Source: Leucoraja ocellata
Lineage: Eukaryota
Direction: 5' to 3'
Assembly: GCA_036785375.1 (NCBI GenBank)
Contig: JAWMAR010000715.1
Coordinates: 62,001 to 126,000 of the forward strand
Length of the DNA: 64,000 nt
Below, one piece after another: positions 12,041 through 25,004 of this stretch (positions are counted from its first letter, which is position 1; every line of letters begins with the position of its first letter). Below the pieces are notes generated by a model, which saw only the letters and a list, made by a program, of their open reading frames with translations, made no database searches and had not been told where the DNA came from. A program made the position numbers and the translations under genes.

Positions 12041-13429
12041 ATACTCAATTCCCTGACTGATGAAAGCCAGCTTGCTGAAAGTCCTCTTGAGCACCCTCTC
12101 TACCTATGTCAGCACTATGTATCTTTACTCCTAGATCTCTCTGCTCGACAGCACTCCTCAGTACCCTACAATTTACTGTGAAACTGTCCTGATTTGACTT
12201 TCCAAAGTGTAACATCTCATACTTGCCTCAGTTAAACTCCATTTCCCATTCCTCGGCCCAGCTAATCAAGAACCCGTTATAATTCTGAATAACCATGATC
12301 TCTTGATCTCATCTATTATGGTGTCATCTGCAAACGGTGGTGTCCTAATCCTTGGTGGGAAGGAAGGACTTTTATCAATGGGGTCTGGCAGGGTGAATAC
12401 CATTTCAAAGTTTGCATGGAAGTTGTAGCTCATGCATAAAAAGGTCAACATCTAGGTATCTTAGATACTTAAAAGGGACCACAGGGACACAGTTTTCACT
12501 CAGAGGGCAGTCTGTATCTGGAACAGATATATGGATAGGATGGGTTTGGAGGGCAATAGGTCAAATGCAGGCTAATGGGATTGGCCTAATATACCAACTT
12601 GGCTGGCATGGACCAGGTGGGCCAAGGGCCCTGTCGTACACCATTTTTCACTTCCTATTGATTTGTGTTGCCACTTTCAGGGAGCTGTGAACTTGGACCA
12701 TAAGATCCCTCTGTACAATGCCATTTAGTGTCCTAGCATTTACTCTATACTTTCATCTTATATTTGACCTCCCAGAGCACACAACTTCACATGTGCCTTG
12801 ATTAAACTCCATCTGTTATTTCTTTGCCCAATTCTGCAACTGATCTTTATCCTCATCTATTCTTTGATACCATTCATTATCAACAATTCCAATAGTTTTT
12901 ATGTAATCTACAATTGTACTAATCACATCATAGTTACATTAAATATGTTAGTTTACATAGACTTTTTTTTGACAATTTACATAGATATCATTTACAATAA
13001 ATGTTTATAAAAATTGTTGAACATTTTGCATATTTTAAAAATGGTAACCGTAATCAGATGTTCACACTAAATATATATCCTATATATAAGACAAAGTGCT
13101 GAAGTAACTCATGGGTCAGGCAGCATTTCTGGAGCACATGGATAGGCAATATTTTGTGTCAGGACCCTTCTTCAGACTCCATCTACAATTGCTCCACCCA
13201 TTTCTGCAACCATATCCTGCTGTATTCTTTGGTAACCTACTTCATTATCAACAAGTCCACAAGGTTTTGTGTCATCTGCAAACTTACTAATCAACCCATC
13301 GAGATGTTTGTACAAATCGCCTATAAATCTTGCAAACATTGCAGTTAAATTAACTCGGTTAAATTACAATGAATGTCTATTAAAATAATTTATTTTGTTC
13401 TTATTTATGAATGGTAACATTAATCAGGT

Positions 13430-14282
13430 ATTTACATTAAATATATATATGATGTATACTATATAGTTTCAGATACATAATGTATAATATATATTTTGTA
13501 TATCTATACTATATCTATACTATATATAGATACGGTAAATATATAGTAAATATATATGTGTATGATATATAAAGATACAACATATAAAATAAACAACATA
13601 TATAAATATATGCAAACAATTAACACATATATATAAATATATGAATATATAATTAAAATATACCCAATGTGACCCCTTTGGTCTGGTATAAATATCAATA
13701 TATGTATATATAAAGATAAAATATATATGTATAAAGATAAAATGTATATAAAAGAATATATATATACATATATATAATATGAAAATAATATATCTATTTA
13801 ATATATATTGACATATAATACATTTAAAGATAGACTATATATGTATATATCTTGTGTAGGAAAGAACTGCAGATGCTGGTTTAAATCGAAGATAGACACA
13901 AAATGCTGGAGTAACTCAGCAGGACAGGCAGCATCTATGGAGAGAAGGAATGGGTGACGGTTCGGGNNNNNNNNNNNNNNNNNNNNNNNNNNNNNNNNNN
14001 NNNNNNNNNNNNNNNNNNNNNNNNNNNNNNNNNNNNNNNNNNNNNNNNNNNNNNNNNNNNNNNNNNNNNNNNNNNNNNNNNNNNNNNNNNNNNNNNNNNN
14101 NNNNNNNNNNNNNNNNATATATATACATAATAAAACAAATATACATTATATGTTTTCTTTTTTATCTGTGCATATAAATATTAAATATATTTAAATATTT
14201 TTTTTTAATATATATAAATAAAAGAAGAGATATATATAAATATAAAGATAAAGAATATATAAAATATATATGATATATATAA
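13430..14282. other. Assembly gap (150 N, 13967-14116) with AT-rich low-complexity flanks
   Basis: N run; TA-rich degenerate flanks; a Penelope-derived arm (13854-13966) runs into the gap. Confidence 0.95.
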
Positions 14283-14449
14283 ACGTTTTATGACTGCTGT
14301 GTTTTATGACTGTAGACAGACTAATTTCCCTCCTGGGCTAAGTCAAGTTCCATCGTATCGGGTCGTATGTACGAACACACACAATATATTTTCTTTCCCT
14401 TCCACGGGAACAAAACACTGGGAAAGAAGGTGTGAACCACAGGATTCTC

Positions 14450-14630
14450 TGCGGCATCCAATCAAAGCCTTGCTGCGGCTCCTGAGTGGCAGGTGTGCCG
14501 GCCAATGGAGCGTGCGGCTGCGGTTGGACCAATGGCGAGGGTCGGCGGCGCTGGGGGCGGGAGCGGGGTTGCGCGTGCGCAGTGAGCGGTGCGGGGAGCG
14601 GCCGCGGTAGGGGCAACAAGTGTGGGCGGT
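14450..14630 (+). promoter_or_regulatory. CpG/GC-rich TATA-less Pol II promoter
   Basis: CCAAT at 14458, 14502 and 14529; GC box GGGGCGGG 14554-14561; NRF1 site TGCGCGTGCGCA 14570-14581 (reverse complement = YGCGCAYGCGCR); CpG-dense in a CpG-poor window. Confidence 0.85.
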
Positions 14631-14921
14631 GAGAGAGTGGTGGAGCAGCAGCGGCAATAGCAGCAGTAGATGCAGTAGATAGCAGCAGCTGCCCACTGCC
14701 TCCCCCCCCCACTGTACACCCACCCACTGCAACACAACACAACGAGACCTCAATCCACCAAACACAGCTCAGCCGGAGAGACAAAAGCTGCATTTTAAAG
14801 TAATCCAGGAAAAAGTGCAATGAGTTGGTCACACACATCCCTGAGAGAATGAGGACGCAGGCAATGAGTGAGCACAGTTAAAAGTTGCTGCTCCAGTCAT
14901 ATGTAACGAGGCCCCATTGAG
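14581..14921 (+). other. Putative non-coding first exon of an unidentified gene (start approximate)
   Basis: Follows the promoter; strong donor GAG|GTAAGG (14921/14922); every ATG opens a short ORF that closes inside the exon; GT/T-rich intron-like sequence follows. Confidence 0.75.
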
Positions 14922-16499
14922 GTAAGGAAGGCTTCGCTTTAGAAAAATAAAACCTTTTCTTGTCCCCTTAAATAAAAATGTGCTCCCAAAGTGTATGTGT
15001 GTTTGCAACCCTGTGTAATTCAATCTCCGTCCTTGTTACTTTGGGCTTTTGTTCTGTTTCTGCTCCAGCTTTGTTACCTGGTGTGTGTGTGAGTGTGTGT
15101 ATTTGTTTGTGGGTTTGGGGATACAATGTAACTGGGGATCGACTCCTTGCTTTGCATGTTTCACTTGCGCGTGTTGGTGTGTGTGTGTTTTTTTTAAGTT
15201 TGTCCCTTCCCTTTTTAAATCTTTTGAACTTTGCATTGGTGTTTTAGTTTCAGAAGTTATATTTTGCAGCCAGTTTTCTAGATTACTCCCCCCCCCCCCC
15301 CCCCCCCCACATTTGTTATTCGAGTGTAATTTATTTTCTTGAATTGAATTTCACTACAGTGTTTATTTGTGATATAGAATAATAACTTGCCTTTTGGGAG
15401 AAAAATATTTAATGTTTTCTTATTAGTCCCACATGTACTTTCTAAAGCAAGATCTTTATCCAGAATTAAAATTCAAAACGCATTTTGTATATCGTTATAT
15501 GTATCGTCGAAGGGTTCATTGTTATTCTTCCGTACCAGGATTTCGCTGGTAACAAAAGCTTCAGGTGCATTTAAAAAAAAAAACATTCTGTGGGTACATC
15601 TGCACAAACTGGCTACAGCTGCACAGTTGGATTGCTGAAAAGTTGCTCACAAATTAGCTTCACGATCAGGTTGCGGGGCTCCGTGTACACGGGTCTATTT
15701 CGTGTTGCTTTGTTTTCACTTGTTTAATGTTCGGTGTGAGGTTTATCTGCTAAAGCAGTAATTTATTTGGCAGGGCCACTAAACAGCAACGGCCGTAATC
15801 AGCTAGCAACTCTAAGTGATAAAAAGGGGTCACAATGTGTGACAGAGAATTGATCCCTGATGTCCGAATCCATAGCTGACATTTAGCGCTATTTTTTGTC
15901 TTTGTTTAAAAAAAAAGAGTTCTAGTCTTTGTTAACAATACCAGTTTGAAAATTGTTGCAACCTGTTTTAAAAAAAATAAGACGCAAGTTGCTGATTCTA
16001 AACATAGAAATCCTATATCAAGTCAAGAGAGTTTTATTGTCTTGTGTCCCAGAAAGGACAATGAAATTCTTTCGTACTGTTATAATAATAACAACCAGTG
16101 ATTTGTGCAGATAGTCAGTTCATGTATGCATGTTTCCTGGGAAAGATGTTTTAAATAAAACTTTGCCAAATTCCTGGAATCCCCTGCAAGAAACGCTGGA
16201 TTTGCAAGCCAGTGCACCTAACTGTGATAAGATCCTCCCATCGTTGGCAGGCCCTTTGCAGTGTCGCATCCAGTATGACATGTTTGGAAAAGTTTTGCAT
16301 GTGCACTCATGCCACCCGTCTAATACAACGTGTACAATCCAGACAGACTTTGTGGCCTTGTTTGGGATGTGGTACATCAACAGAGTGATAGCTTTTATCA
16401 GTTCCCAAGAACCAAGAGCATGAAGACTATCTGAGTGCTAAGGTTTCCGGTTTAATTCCAGCCTGGTGCATACGTAATCTATCCGTGCCCATGTTCGAC

Positions 16500-17072
16500 T
16501 TGGTTTAGTGATACAGCATGGACACAGGCTCTTCTGTCCAGAGTCCATGCTGATCATCAATTACCCTTTCACACTAGGTCTATGTTATCCCCATGAGACT
16601 ATAGTTTAGAGATGCAGCGCAGGAACAGGTCCACCAAGTCCACGCTCATCAGCAATCACCTCGTGCACTAGCACTATCCTACACTCTTGGGGCAATTTAC
16701 AGAAGCCAATTAACCCGCAAACCTACACATCTTTGGAATGTCGGAGGAAACACCTGGAGAAAAACCGCTCGGTCACAGGTGGAACATGCAAACTCCGTAC
16801 AAACAGCGCCAATAGTCAGGATCAAACCTGGATGCCTGGAGCTGCTAGGCGGCAACTCTACCACTGTGCTGCTACCACCCCTTAAACACCAAGGTTTTTT
16901 TAGTTTTTTTTTAACCAAAGCCAATTAACCCACAAATCTTTGAGATGTTGGAGAAAACTGGAAACCCATGTTGTCACAGGGAGAACATGCAGACTCCACA
17001 CAGACAGCACCAGAGGTCAGGATCAAACACAGGTCTCTGGTGCTGTGAGGCAGCAGCTCTATCAGTTGCGTC
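16500..17072 (-). mobile_element. Cluster of HE1-like V-SINE copies/fragments
   Basis: Two reverse tRNA-head plus V-domain segments (ending ~16875 and ~17072) and two tail segments. Confidence 0.8.
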
Positions 17073-17675
17073 ACTCTTCCCAGGAATTTGTGGCATTTAA
17101 AAAATAATCAAAAATTTTTTGTTTGTAAAGTGGTCCTGAAATCTTCAGAGCTCTCCCTAAACGTATGAACTGCTATAGGGGGAGGGGGGGGGACAGAAGC
17201 AAAAGAGACTACATCGGGCAAAGCAGGAGTAAGCCCACCACTCTCAATCCTGCTTTACCGTTCAGTCTGATGATGGAGATCCGATCTTGACTTGCCCTCT
17301 CCCCATTCCCTTGATATGATTTGTCAGTGTGAAGAAGGATCTTGATGCAAAATACCGTCAGTCTGTTTCCCTTCACAGTTGCTACTTGACCTGCTGAGTT
17401 CCTCCAGCACTTTGCTTAAGATTCCACCGTGTGCACTCACTTGGCCCTTGGAGTTCTCTTGGTGCTTGAGGTCCTCTGTGGCTGGAATTGATGTAAGCTA
17501 CATTGAATGGCATCAGCATTACGAAGCAGGTCAATGTTCAGACCCTGTCTTTACTTGCTCTTCTTTCTAACTTCATTTGGAGTTGCTGCTAATACTAGCA
17601 AGTGATTTCTTTGGACTGGTATTAAAACCTAATTTCATGGTGCTTTACCTCAGTTTTAAGTTTGTAGATCTTGAG

Positions 17676-18060
17676 TAGGTACTGGGCTTGTACTTGCTGG
17701 AGCTTAGAAGGATGAGGGGAGCCCTCATTGAAACTTACCGAATAGTGAAAGGCCTGGATAAAGTGGATGTGGAGAGGATGTTTCCACTAGTGGGAGAGTC
17801 TAGGACCAGAAGGCATACCCTCAGAATAAAAGGATGCACCTTTCGAAAGGAGATGAGGAGGAATTTATCTAGTCGGAGGGTGGTGAATCCGTGGCATTCG
17901 TTGCCAGTGACAGCTGTGGAGGCCAAGTCATTGGGTATTTTTAAGGTGGAGATTGACAGATTCTTGAATGGTACGGTGTTGAGAGGGAAAGATAGATCAG
18001 CCATGATTGAATGTTGGAGAGACTTGATGGGCCGAATGGCCTAATTCTGCTCCTATGACT
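17676..18060 (+). mobile_element. CR1 LINE 3' end
   Basis: ORF 17688..18044 LELRRMRGALIETYRIVKGLDKVD...RVVNPWHSLP. Confidence 0.9.
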
Positions 18061-18574
18061 AAACCTATGAGTTAGTTGTTCAAACCAGTTTGAAGGAGAG
18101 GATGAGGAAGCTTAAGTTGAGATATTTGCAGGATCAAAGGCCTGAATTACAATACGTCTCTATTCATATTTTATCCCCAACCACAAAAATGCATTAACCA
18201 GGGTGCTTATTATTTTTGGATCTCCTTTTCTTAAAAAGGGTGATTTTTCTTTCTTAAAACAATATCACTTGTACAACTCTCTTCGTTACAACAATATACT
18301 CGCGTATAGAATCACAAAATGCTGTAGTAGCTCAGTGGGTCGGCCAGCATCTGTGGACATGGATGGGCAACATCTTGGGTCGTGAGCCTCTTCAGACTGA
18401 TTGGAGTAAGGGGTAGAAAACTAGAAAAGAGACATGTAGAAAGGACAAAGCCTATCAAGTGATGGGTAGATGCAGGTGGATGGGGGGGGGGGGGATTGGC
18501 AGATGGGTGGAGTAAGTGGCAAAGACGAGATGTGAAAAGGAGACAAAAGGATGTTGGATAACGAGAGGGGAGAG

Positions 18575-19003
18575 TATGATCCTAGGAATGAGTAGGTTAA
18601 CCTATGATGAGCATTTGTCGGTGCTGGGCCTGTACTTGCTGGAGTTTAGAAGAATGAGGGGACACCTCATTGAAACTTACAGAATAGTGAAAGGCTTGGA
18701 TAGTGTGGATGTGGAGACGATGTTTCCACTAGAGGGAGAGTCTATGACTAGAGGTCATAGGACGTTCTTTTAGGAAGGAGATGATACATTTCTTTAGTCG
18801 GAGGGTGGTGAATCCATAGAATTTTTTGCCGCAGATAGCTGTGTATATTTTTAAGACAGATAGATAGATTCTTGTTTAGTACAGATGTTAGAGGTTATGG
18901 GGAGAAGGCAGGAGAATGGGGTTAGGAGGAAGAGCAGCCATGATTAAATGGCGGAGTAGACATGATGGGCCAAATGGCCTAATTCTACTCCTATCACATG
19001 ACA
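18575..19003 (+). mobile_element. CR1 LINE 3' end
   Basis: MSRLTYDEHLSVLGLYLLEFRRMRGHLIETYRIVKG followed by CR1 3' UTR. Confidence 0.85.
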
Positions 19004-19096
19004 TGAGGAGGAATGAAATGTCAAATCGGAGGGAGGGATATAGGTGGAAGGAAAAAGGGGGGGGGGGGAGAGGGCAGAATAGTGGGAGAAGAGCAA

Positions 19097-20168
19097 GGTG
19101 ATGTGCCTCAATGACTATCGACCAGTGGCACTACCGTCTGCGGTGATGAAGTGCTTTGAGAGGTTGATCATGGCGCAAATCAACTCCTACCTCGACAAAA
19201 ACCTGGACCCACTGCAGTTCGCTTACCGCCACAACAGATCAACGGTGGATGCGATCTCACTGGCTCTCCACTCTGCTCTGGACCACTTGGACAACAAAAA
19301 CTCGTATGTCAGGCTGTTATTCATTGATTGCAGTTCGGCATTTAACACATTCATCCCCTCCAAGCTGGTTACCAAACTCTCAGAACTGGGTCTCTGCGCA
19401 TCCCTCTGCAAATGGATCCTCGACTTCCTCATTCACAGACCACAGTCTGTTCGTATTGGTGGAAATATGTAAACGTCGATAACAATCATCACGGGAGCAC
19501 CTCAAGGCTGCATGTTCAGCCCCCTGCTATACTCACTCTATACTGTTGACTGTGTAGCCGGTCATAGTGCGAACTCCATCATCAAGTTCGCTGACGACAC
19601 TACTGTTGTGGGATGTATCACTCATGGAGATGAGTCAGAGTATAGAAGGGAGATCAACCGACTGACCAAATGGTGCTAGCACAACAACCTGGCTCTCAAC
19701 ACCAGCAAAACTAAGGAACTTGTGGACTTTGGAAGGGGTAGGATGGGTACCCATAGTCCCGTTTATATCAACGGGTCGATGGTGGAGTGGGTCAAGAGCT
19801 TCAAATTCCTGGCGGTGCATATCTGTGAAGATCTCTCCTGGTCCGTGAACACTGATGCAATTATAAAGAAAGGTCATCAGTGCCTCTACTTCGTGAGAAG
19901 ATTACGGAGAGTCGGTATGTCAAAGAGGATTCTCTCGAACTTCTACAGGTGCACAGTGGAGAGCATGCGGACCGGTTGAATCGTGGCTTGGTTCGCCAAC
20001 TTTAGCGCCCTGGAGTGGAAAAGACTGCAAAAAGTTGTAATCACTGCCCAGTCCATCATCGGATCTGACCACCCTACCATCGAGGGGATCTATCGCAGTC
20101 GTTGCCTCAAAAAGGCTGCCAGCATCAAGGATCCACACCATCCTGGCCACTCGCTCATCTCCCCGCTG
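19097..20168 (+). mobile_element. Rex1/Babar-clade non-LTR retrotransposon, 5'-truncated RT pseudogene
   Basis: [81 protein letters not shown]; several in-frame stops. Confidence 0.92.
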
Positions 20169-20194
20169 CAGAGATTCCTGGTTCTGGACTCTCC

Positions 20195-20590
20195 CAACTC
20201 GCTGGGTACACTGGGCTTGTGCTCACTGGAGTTTAGAAGGGTGAGGGAGGACTTCATTGAAACTTACCAAATAGTGAAATGCCAGGATAGAGTGGATGTG
20301 GAGGGGATGTTTCCACTAGTCAGAGTCTAGGACCAGAAAGCACAGCCTCAGAATAAAAGGATGTTCCTATTTAAAAAGGAGATGAGGAGTTTCTTTAGTT
20401 GGAGGGTGTTGAATATGTGGAGGCCAAGTCATGAGGAATTTTAAATGTAGAGATTGACAGTTCTTGATTAATGTCAAAGGTTATGGCGAGAAGGCAGGAG
20501 AATGGCATGAGAGTGGAAGGTACATCAGCCATGATTGAATGGTGAGTAGACTCGATGGGCGAAATGGCCTAATTCTGCTCCTATGACATG
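20195..20590 (+). mobile_element. CR1 LINE 3' end
   Basis: LGLCSLEFRRVREDFIETYQIVK...DRVDVEGMFPLV plus 3' UTR. Confidence 0.85.
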
Positions 20591-22244
20591 AAATTATGAA
20601 CTACTTGTGTCAACTGGAAATACCACCTTTTTAATTAAATAAGATGACAAATTCACAAGTTGTAGGGGTAGATTTGGGCTATTCGGCCCATCGAGTCCAC
20701 TCCGCGATTCAATCATGGCTGATCTCTGCCTCCTCATCCCATATTCCTGTCTTTTCCCCATATCCCTTGACACCTGTTCCCTCGAAGAGGAAAGTCTTCC
20801 TCCAGTGAACCATCTAGAGAGCCAGCCTGCACTGCATGGTTCAATATCTGAAGAGGAATTTGAACCTGGTGGGGAAAGAACTCCACTGTCATGGGTGGCA
20901 GGTAAGGATAGTTCTGTAGTTAGTATTGCTACTTCACACCCCACGGGGCATCCTGGGTTTTATCCTGACCTCCTTGGCGATGCGTTTGCATTTTCTCTCT
21001 CTCTACGACTTGCTCCATCTCACCAGATACTCCAGTTTTCTACCACATCTCAAAACGTGTTAGGAGGTTGATCGACCCTTTGAAGTTGCCCTGTCTGAAT
21101 GTGGGCTACTGTTTTTTTTTAAAAAAAAGGCTACTAATGGAAACACTAGGAACATCAGGTGTTGGAATCATGAGGAAAACACAAAGTGCTGGAGGAATTC
21201 AGTGGGTCAGGTAGCATCTGAGAGAGGGATTTAACGTGATGTTTGAGTCTGGACCTTTCTTCAAACTGAATTTAACTTTCCATTGACTCCATTTATTTCC
21301 TAACCTGATATGTCATCTTTCCATTCTCTCCATCGATGCTTCTGTTGAACTCCTCCAGTACTTTGTTTTGTTCAAAGGCTGTTGGATTGTGTGCACATAT
21401 GCGTGAGAGAGAATGGGCCTGATGGGTTTACTGACAACCCCTTGTCATTATGTTCTTTGATGTTCAATCTCTTAAAAAGAAACCTATAATGTGTGAACCA
21501 TATTCTGCCAGTCCTAAAGAAATGTCTCAACTTGTATTAAAATAATTGTTCCCAGGACACAAGCAGAGCGTTGATGAACAATAAACAAAAACAAGATATT
21601 TTTCAGGTTGTCATAAAGCTGGTGAAGATGACCAAATGAGAGGTGTTTCGCAAAACAAATTCCCAACCTAGAAATTAAGGTTAAAGAGCATGTTGTCAGT
21701 GTGGGAGACAGTGGATTAGTGGCCAGAGAAGGTTAAGAATATAAAAAGTTGGAACGAAGAACAGATTTAAACTTGCAAATGAACATTTTGAGTCTGAGGT
21801 GGTCATTTTCCTTTCTTTGGGGTACATCGTGTTTTATGAACATTGGGGGGAAAAGTGCTTTCAAAATACCACTTCTCACTCGAAAGTGTGCCATTTTGAT
21901 GGAGTTACTAAGAATGTGCTCTTTATTTCATTGCTATTTAATCCACATCCTTCACCAGGCAAATCATTAACAGTCTCTTAATTATTTGTATGGTGCAGGT
22001 TTGTGTAATGACCTTGGATAGTGTTCCATCAAAAAGTATTAATGAAAAAATTAACTGGCCCTAATTAACATTACTTTGGAATGCTGTTCCTCAAGACCAT
22101 GAGGTGTATGGTTTTGTGTATGGCATATCTGGAGAAACATAAAATTTGAGATGCAGATTATATGAGATTGCAGTTGATTAGCCTGCACATGGTCTTTCTC
22201 ATGAGGGAGTTTATCCCATAGATATCGCCGTGAAATTTATTGGG

Positions 22245-22760
22245 AAGCATCACAGCATGGTTTGGACCACAAGAAATTGCAGAGAATTGTGAATGCAGCC
22301 CAGACCATCACACAAACCAACCTCCTCTCCATTGACTCCATTTATACCTCACGCTGCTTCAGCAAGACCACCTGTGCAATCAAGGACGTCGTGCCCTGGC
22401 TACTCCCTCTTCTCCCCTCTCCCGTTGGGCAAAAGGTACGAAAATGCACACCACCAGATTCGGGGACAGTATCTTCCCAACTGTTATCAGGCAACTGAAC
22501 CATCCTACCAACAACTAGAGCAGTCCTGAGCTCCTATCTACCTCATTGGAGACCCTCGGACTATCTTTGATCGGCCTTTACTAGCTTTATCTTGCACTAA
22601 AAGTTATTTACATTATTCCCTTAATAATGTATCTGTACACTGTGAATGGCTTAATTGTAATCATGTACAGTGCATTTATCCGCTGACTGGTTAGCACGCA
22701 ACAAAAGTTTATCACTGTACCTCGGTACGCATGAGAATAGATTAAACTCAAACTCAAATT
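22245..22760 (+). mobile_element. Rex1/Babar 3' end fragment with tail
   Basis: KKLQRIVNAAQTITQTNLLSIDSIYTSRC; 3' UTR ending CACTGTACCTCGGTAC...(AAACTC)n. Confidence 0.8.
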
Positions 22761-23836
22761 TACGTCAAGGTCCATTATAATGTATCGCAGACACTGGCAG
22801 AGGAGGGGTTGAATTGCTGACTGTGTGTGTGGTGTGGCCACATTTTCTGTTAATTATGTAGTCTTGGCCAGAGTCTCCCTTGGCCTCTTGAGTAATTGCC
22901 ACAGTTGTGCAGGTGCAGTTCCAAGGTTGCGATGGGTGGTGCGATTGGTGCCCGGGGCAGAGCGATCTGCAGTGCGTACCCAATGGGGGGAGAGTTTTGT
23001 TGGGCAGCCAGAACAGGAGAGCGTGCCGTTTCGCAGAGCTGATGTCCCGAATGGAAAAGGATAACCTTTCATCTGCATGATGCCAAAAAACAAATGCTCC
23101 CTAGTAGTCGCCTCCCTCAAATGTCTCCACAGTGTCTGTCTGCACTGCCTCCCTTGGCATGATGAGCTCAATAAAGTAGAAAGCCTTTTTTTTAATCGAG
23201 GGAGGGTACGTTAATGACTAAGAAAGCTTTTATTATTCTGGTGAGGCCTTGGCAAGATCTATTTATGTGTGGAATAATGAAGCAAGGGAGTGATTTATGC
23301 ATTGGGAGGCTAATCACAGGATGCAGATGGTATCCCATACAGAGTTATTTGTATGTCAACTTGGCTGACAGGTGTCCATGGCAATGACATCATCCTGACT
23401 ACAAATTAAATGCTTAATGTTATTAACAGCCATTACAGAATGGTATCTGTGCATATGTATAAGGATAGGCATCGCTGATGTCGAGGGTAATGGACTGTTA
23501 TTGCAAGATTCTTGTCAAATTGTTCCATCAAAATCGCATTGTAATTTCATTTAATTCTCTATGAAAAGCTTCCTGCCATGTGACAAAGCAACAACACAAA
23601 CGCATAATAGCGGCAGACTAAGAGACCAATAAATGGAAACATTTGAACGGTGGATAAACGATATGCATCTTGCCATGTCGTTTATTTCTGAACTGAGCTG
23701 TGTTGTATCAGTTCAAGAGTCAGTTGTTGTCACTGTGGTCATAGGAACAGAATGGAGTTGGTATGTTATTTTTACACAGCGATCCATTGAGTTTTTTCCA
23801 TCAACATTTCAGTGTTCACCAGAACCTTAGAAATTG

Positions 23837-24357
23837 AATGAGTAGGAAGGAACTGCAGATGCTGGGTTACACCGAAGAGAGGCACAAAATGCTGGAATAA
23901 TTCAGCGGGACAGGCAGCAGCACTGGAGAGAAGGAAACATGGACTTAGAAACGTAGAAAATAGCTGCTGGAGGAGGCCATTCAGCCATTCGAGCCAGCAC
24001 CGCCATTCATTGTGATCATGGCTGATCGTCCACAATCAATAACCACATATGCCTTTTTCCCCATATCCTTTGATTCCACTAGCCCCTAGAGCTCTATCTA
24101 ACTCTTTCAAATCCATCTAGCGATTTGGCCTCTACTGCCCTCTGTCGCAGGGAATTCCACAAATTCACAACTCTCTGGGTGAAAAAGTTTTTTCTCACCT
24201 CAGGCTTAAATGGCCCCCCCTTTATTCGAAGACCCCGGTTCTGGACTCGCCCAACATTGGAAACATTTTCCTGCATCTAGCCTGTCCAGTCCTTTTATGA
24301 TATTATATGTTTCCGGGATGTGAATGTGTGATGTTTCGGGTCGAGACCCTTCTTCAG
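23837..24357. mobile_element. Penelope-derived element with a nested minus-strand CR1 fragment (~23944-24315)
   Basis: The arm is split by CR1 (RKNFFTQRVVNLWNSL). Minus-strand core CTGAAGA-AGGGTCTCGACCC-GAAAC-ATC at 24357-24330. AGAAATTG is repeated at both ends. Confidence 0.8.
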
Positions 24358-24780
24358 AAATTGTTTATGTTGAGCTTGGGACATGTCTTGAGGCATTGAA
24401 CAAGTTGGCTGCAGGGGCCTTTTTTCCACGGGGTGCAAATGCCAAAGATTAGAGGGCTTGAAGTTCAGGGTGGCAAAGTTTAGAATAAATGTGTATTAAA
24501 AGTATTTTACACAGTGCAGGTGAGTTCCGGGCACCCACTGCCAGGAGTTCTGGTGGAGCCAGATGGGACAGTGGCATTTAAGAGATTTTTGGATGGGGGT
24601 GTGGATTTACAGGGAATGGAGGGATATGGGCCATGTGCAGGCAGATAAGATGAGTTTAATTTAGCATCATGTTTGTCACGGACATTGTGGTCCAACGGTC
24701 TATTTCTGGGGTGAACTGTTTAATGTTCTATTTCTGCAGGAAACTAGTTGAACTGAAGTCAGACAAGGTTGGCTCTAGGT

Positions 24781-25004
24781 ATGGAAATAAGGAACTGAAG
24801 ATGCTGATTTATACAAAAGGATACCAAGTGCTGGAGTAACTCCATGGCCAGGCACATCTCTGGAGAACATGAATAGGTCACATTACAGTCGGGACCCTTC
24901 TTCTGAGTCTAGTCTAAAGAAGGGTCCCATCCCAAAACGTTACCTACCCATGTCTCTAGAGATGCTGCCTGAACCACAGAGTTACTGTAGCACTTTTTGC
25001 TCTT
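24781..25004. mobile_element. Penelope-derived palindromic element
   Basis: Inverted arms; flanking TTGGCTCTAGGT / TTGGTTCTAGGT duplication. Confidence 0.75.

Larger units (their letters stand above)
11610..13300 (-). mobile_element. Degenerate CR1 RT/3' fragments (several pieces, with nested inserts)
   Basis: FADDT motif on the minus strand (GTGTCATCTGCAAA at ~12320 and ~13270); LVRPHLEY-like segment ~11780-11800. Confidence 0.65.

Noticed and set aside
12800-13850. Apparent ~370-bp tandem duplication drifting into TA-rich sequence
   Set aside because: Adjacent to the N gap and strongly AT-skewed; likely low-quality consensus or false duplication, so not interpretable without reads.
14290-14838. 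Overlapping 92-166 aa ORFs over the GC-rich promoter
   Set aside because: Low-complexity Ala/Pro/Arg translations expected from GC-rich DNA; mostly non-ATG starts; no domain recognised.
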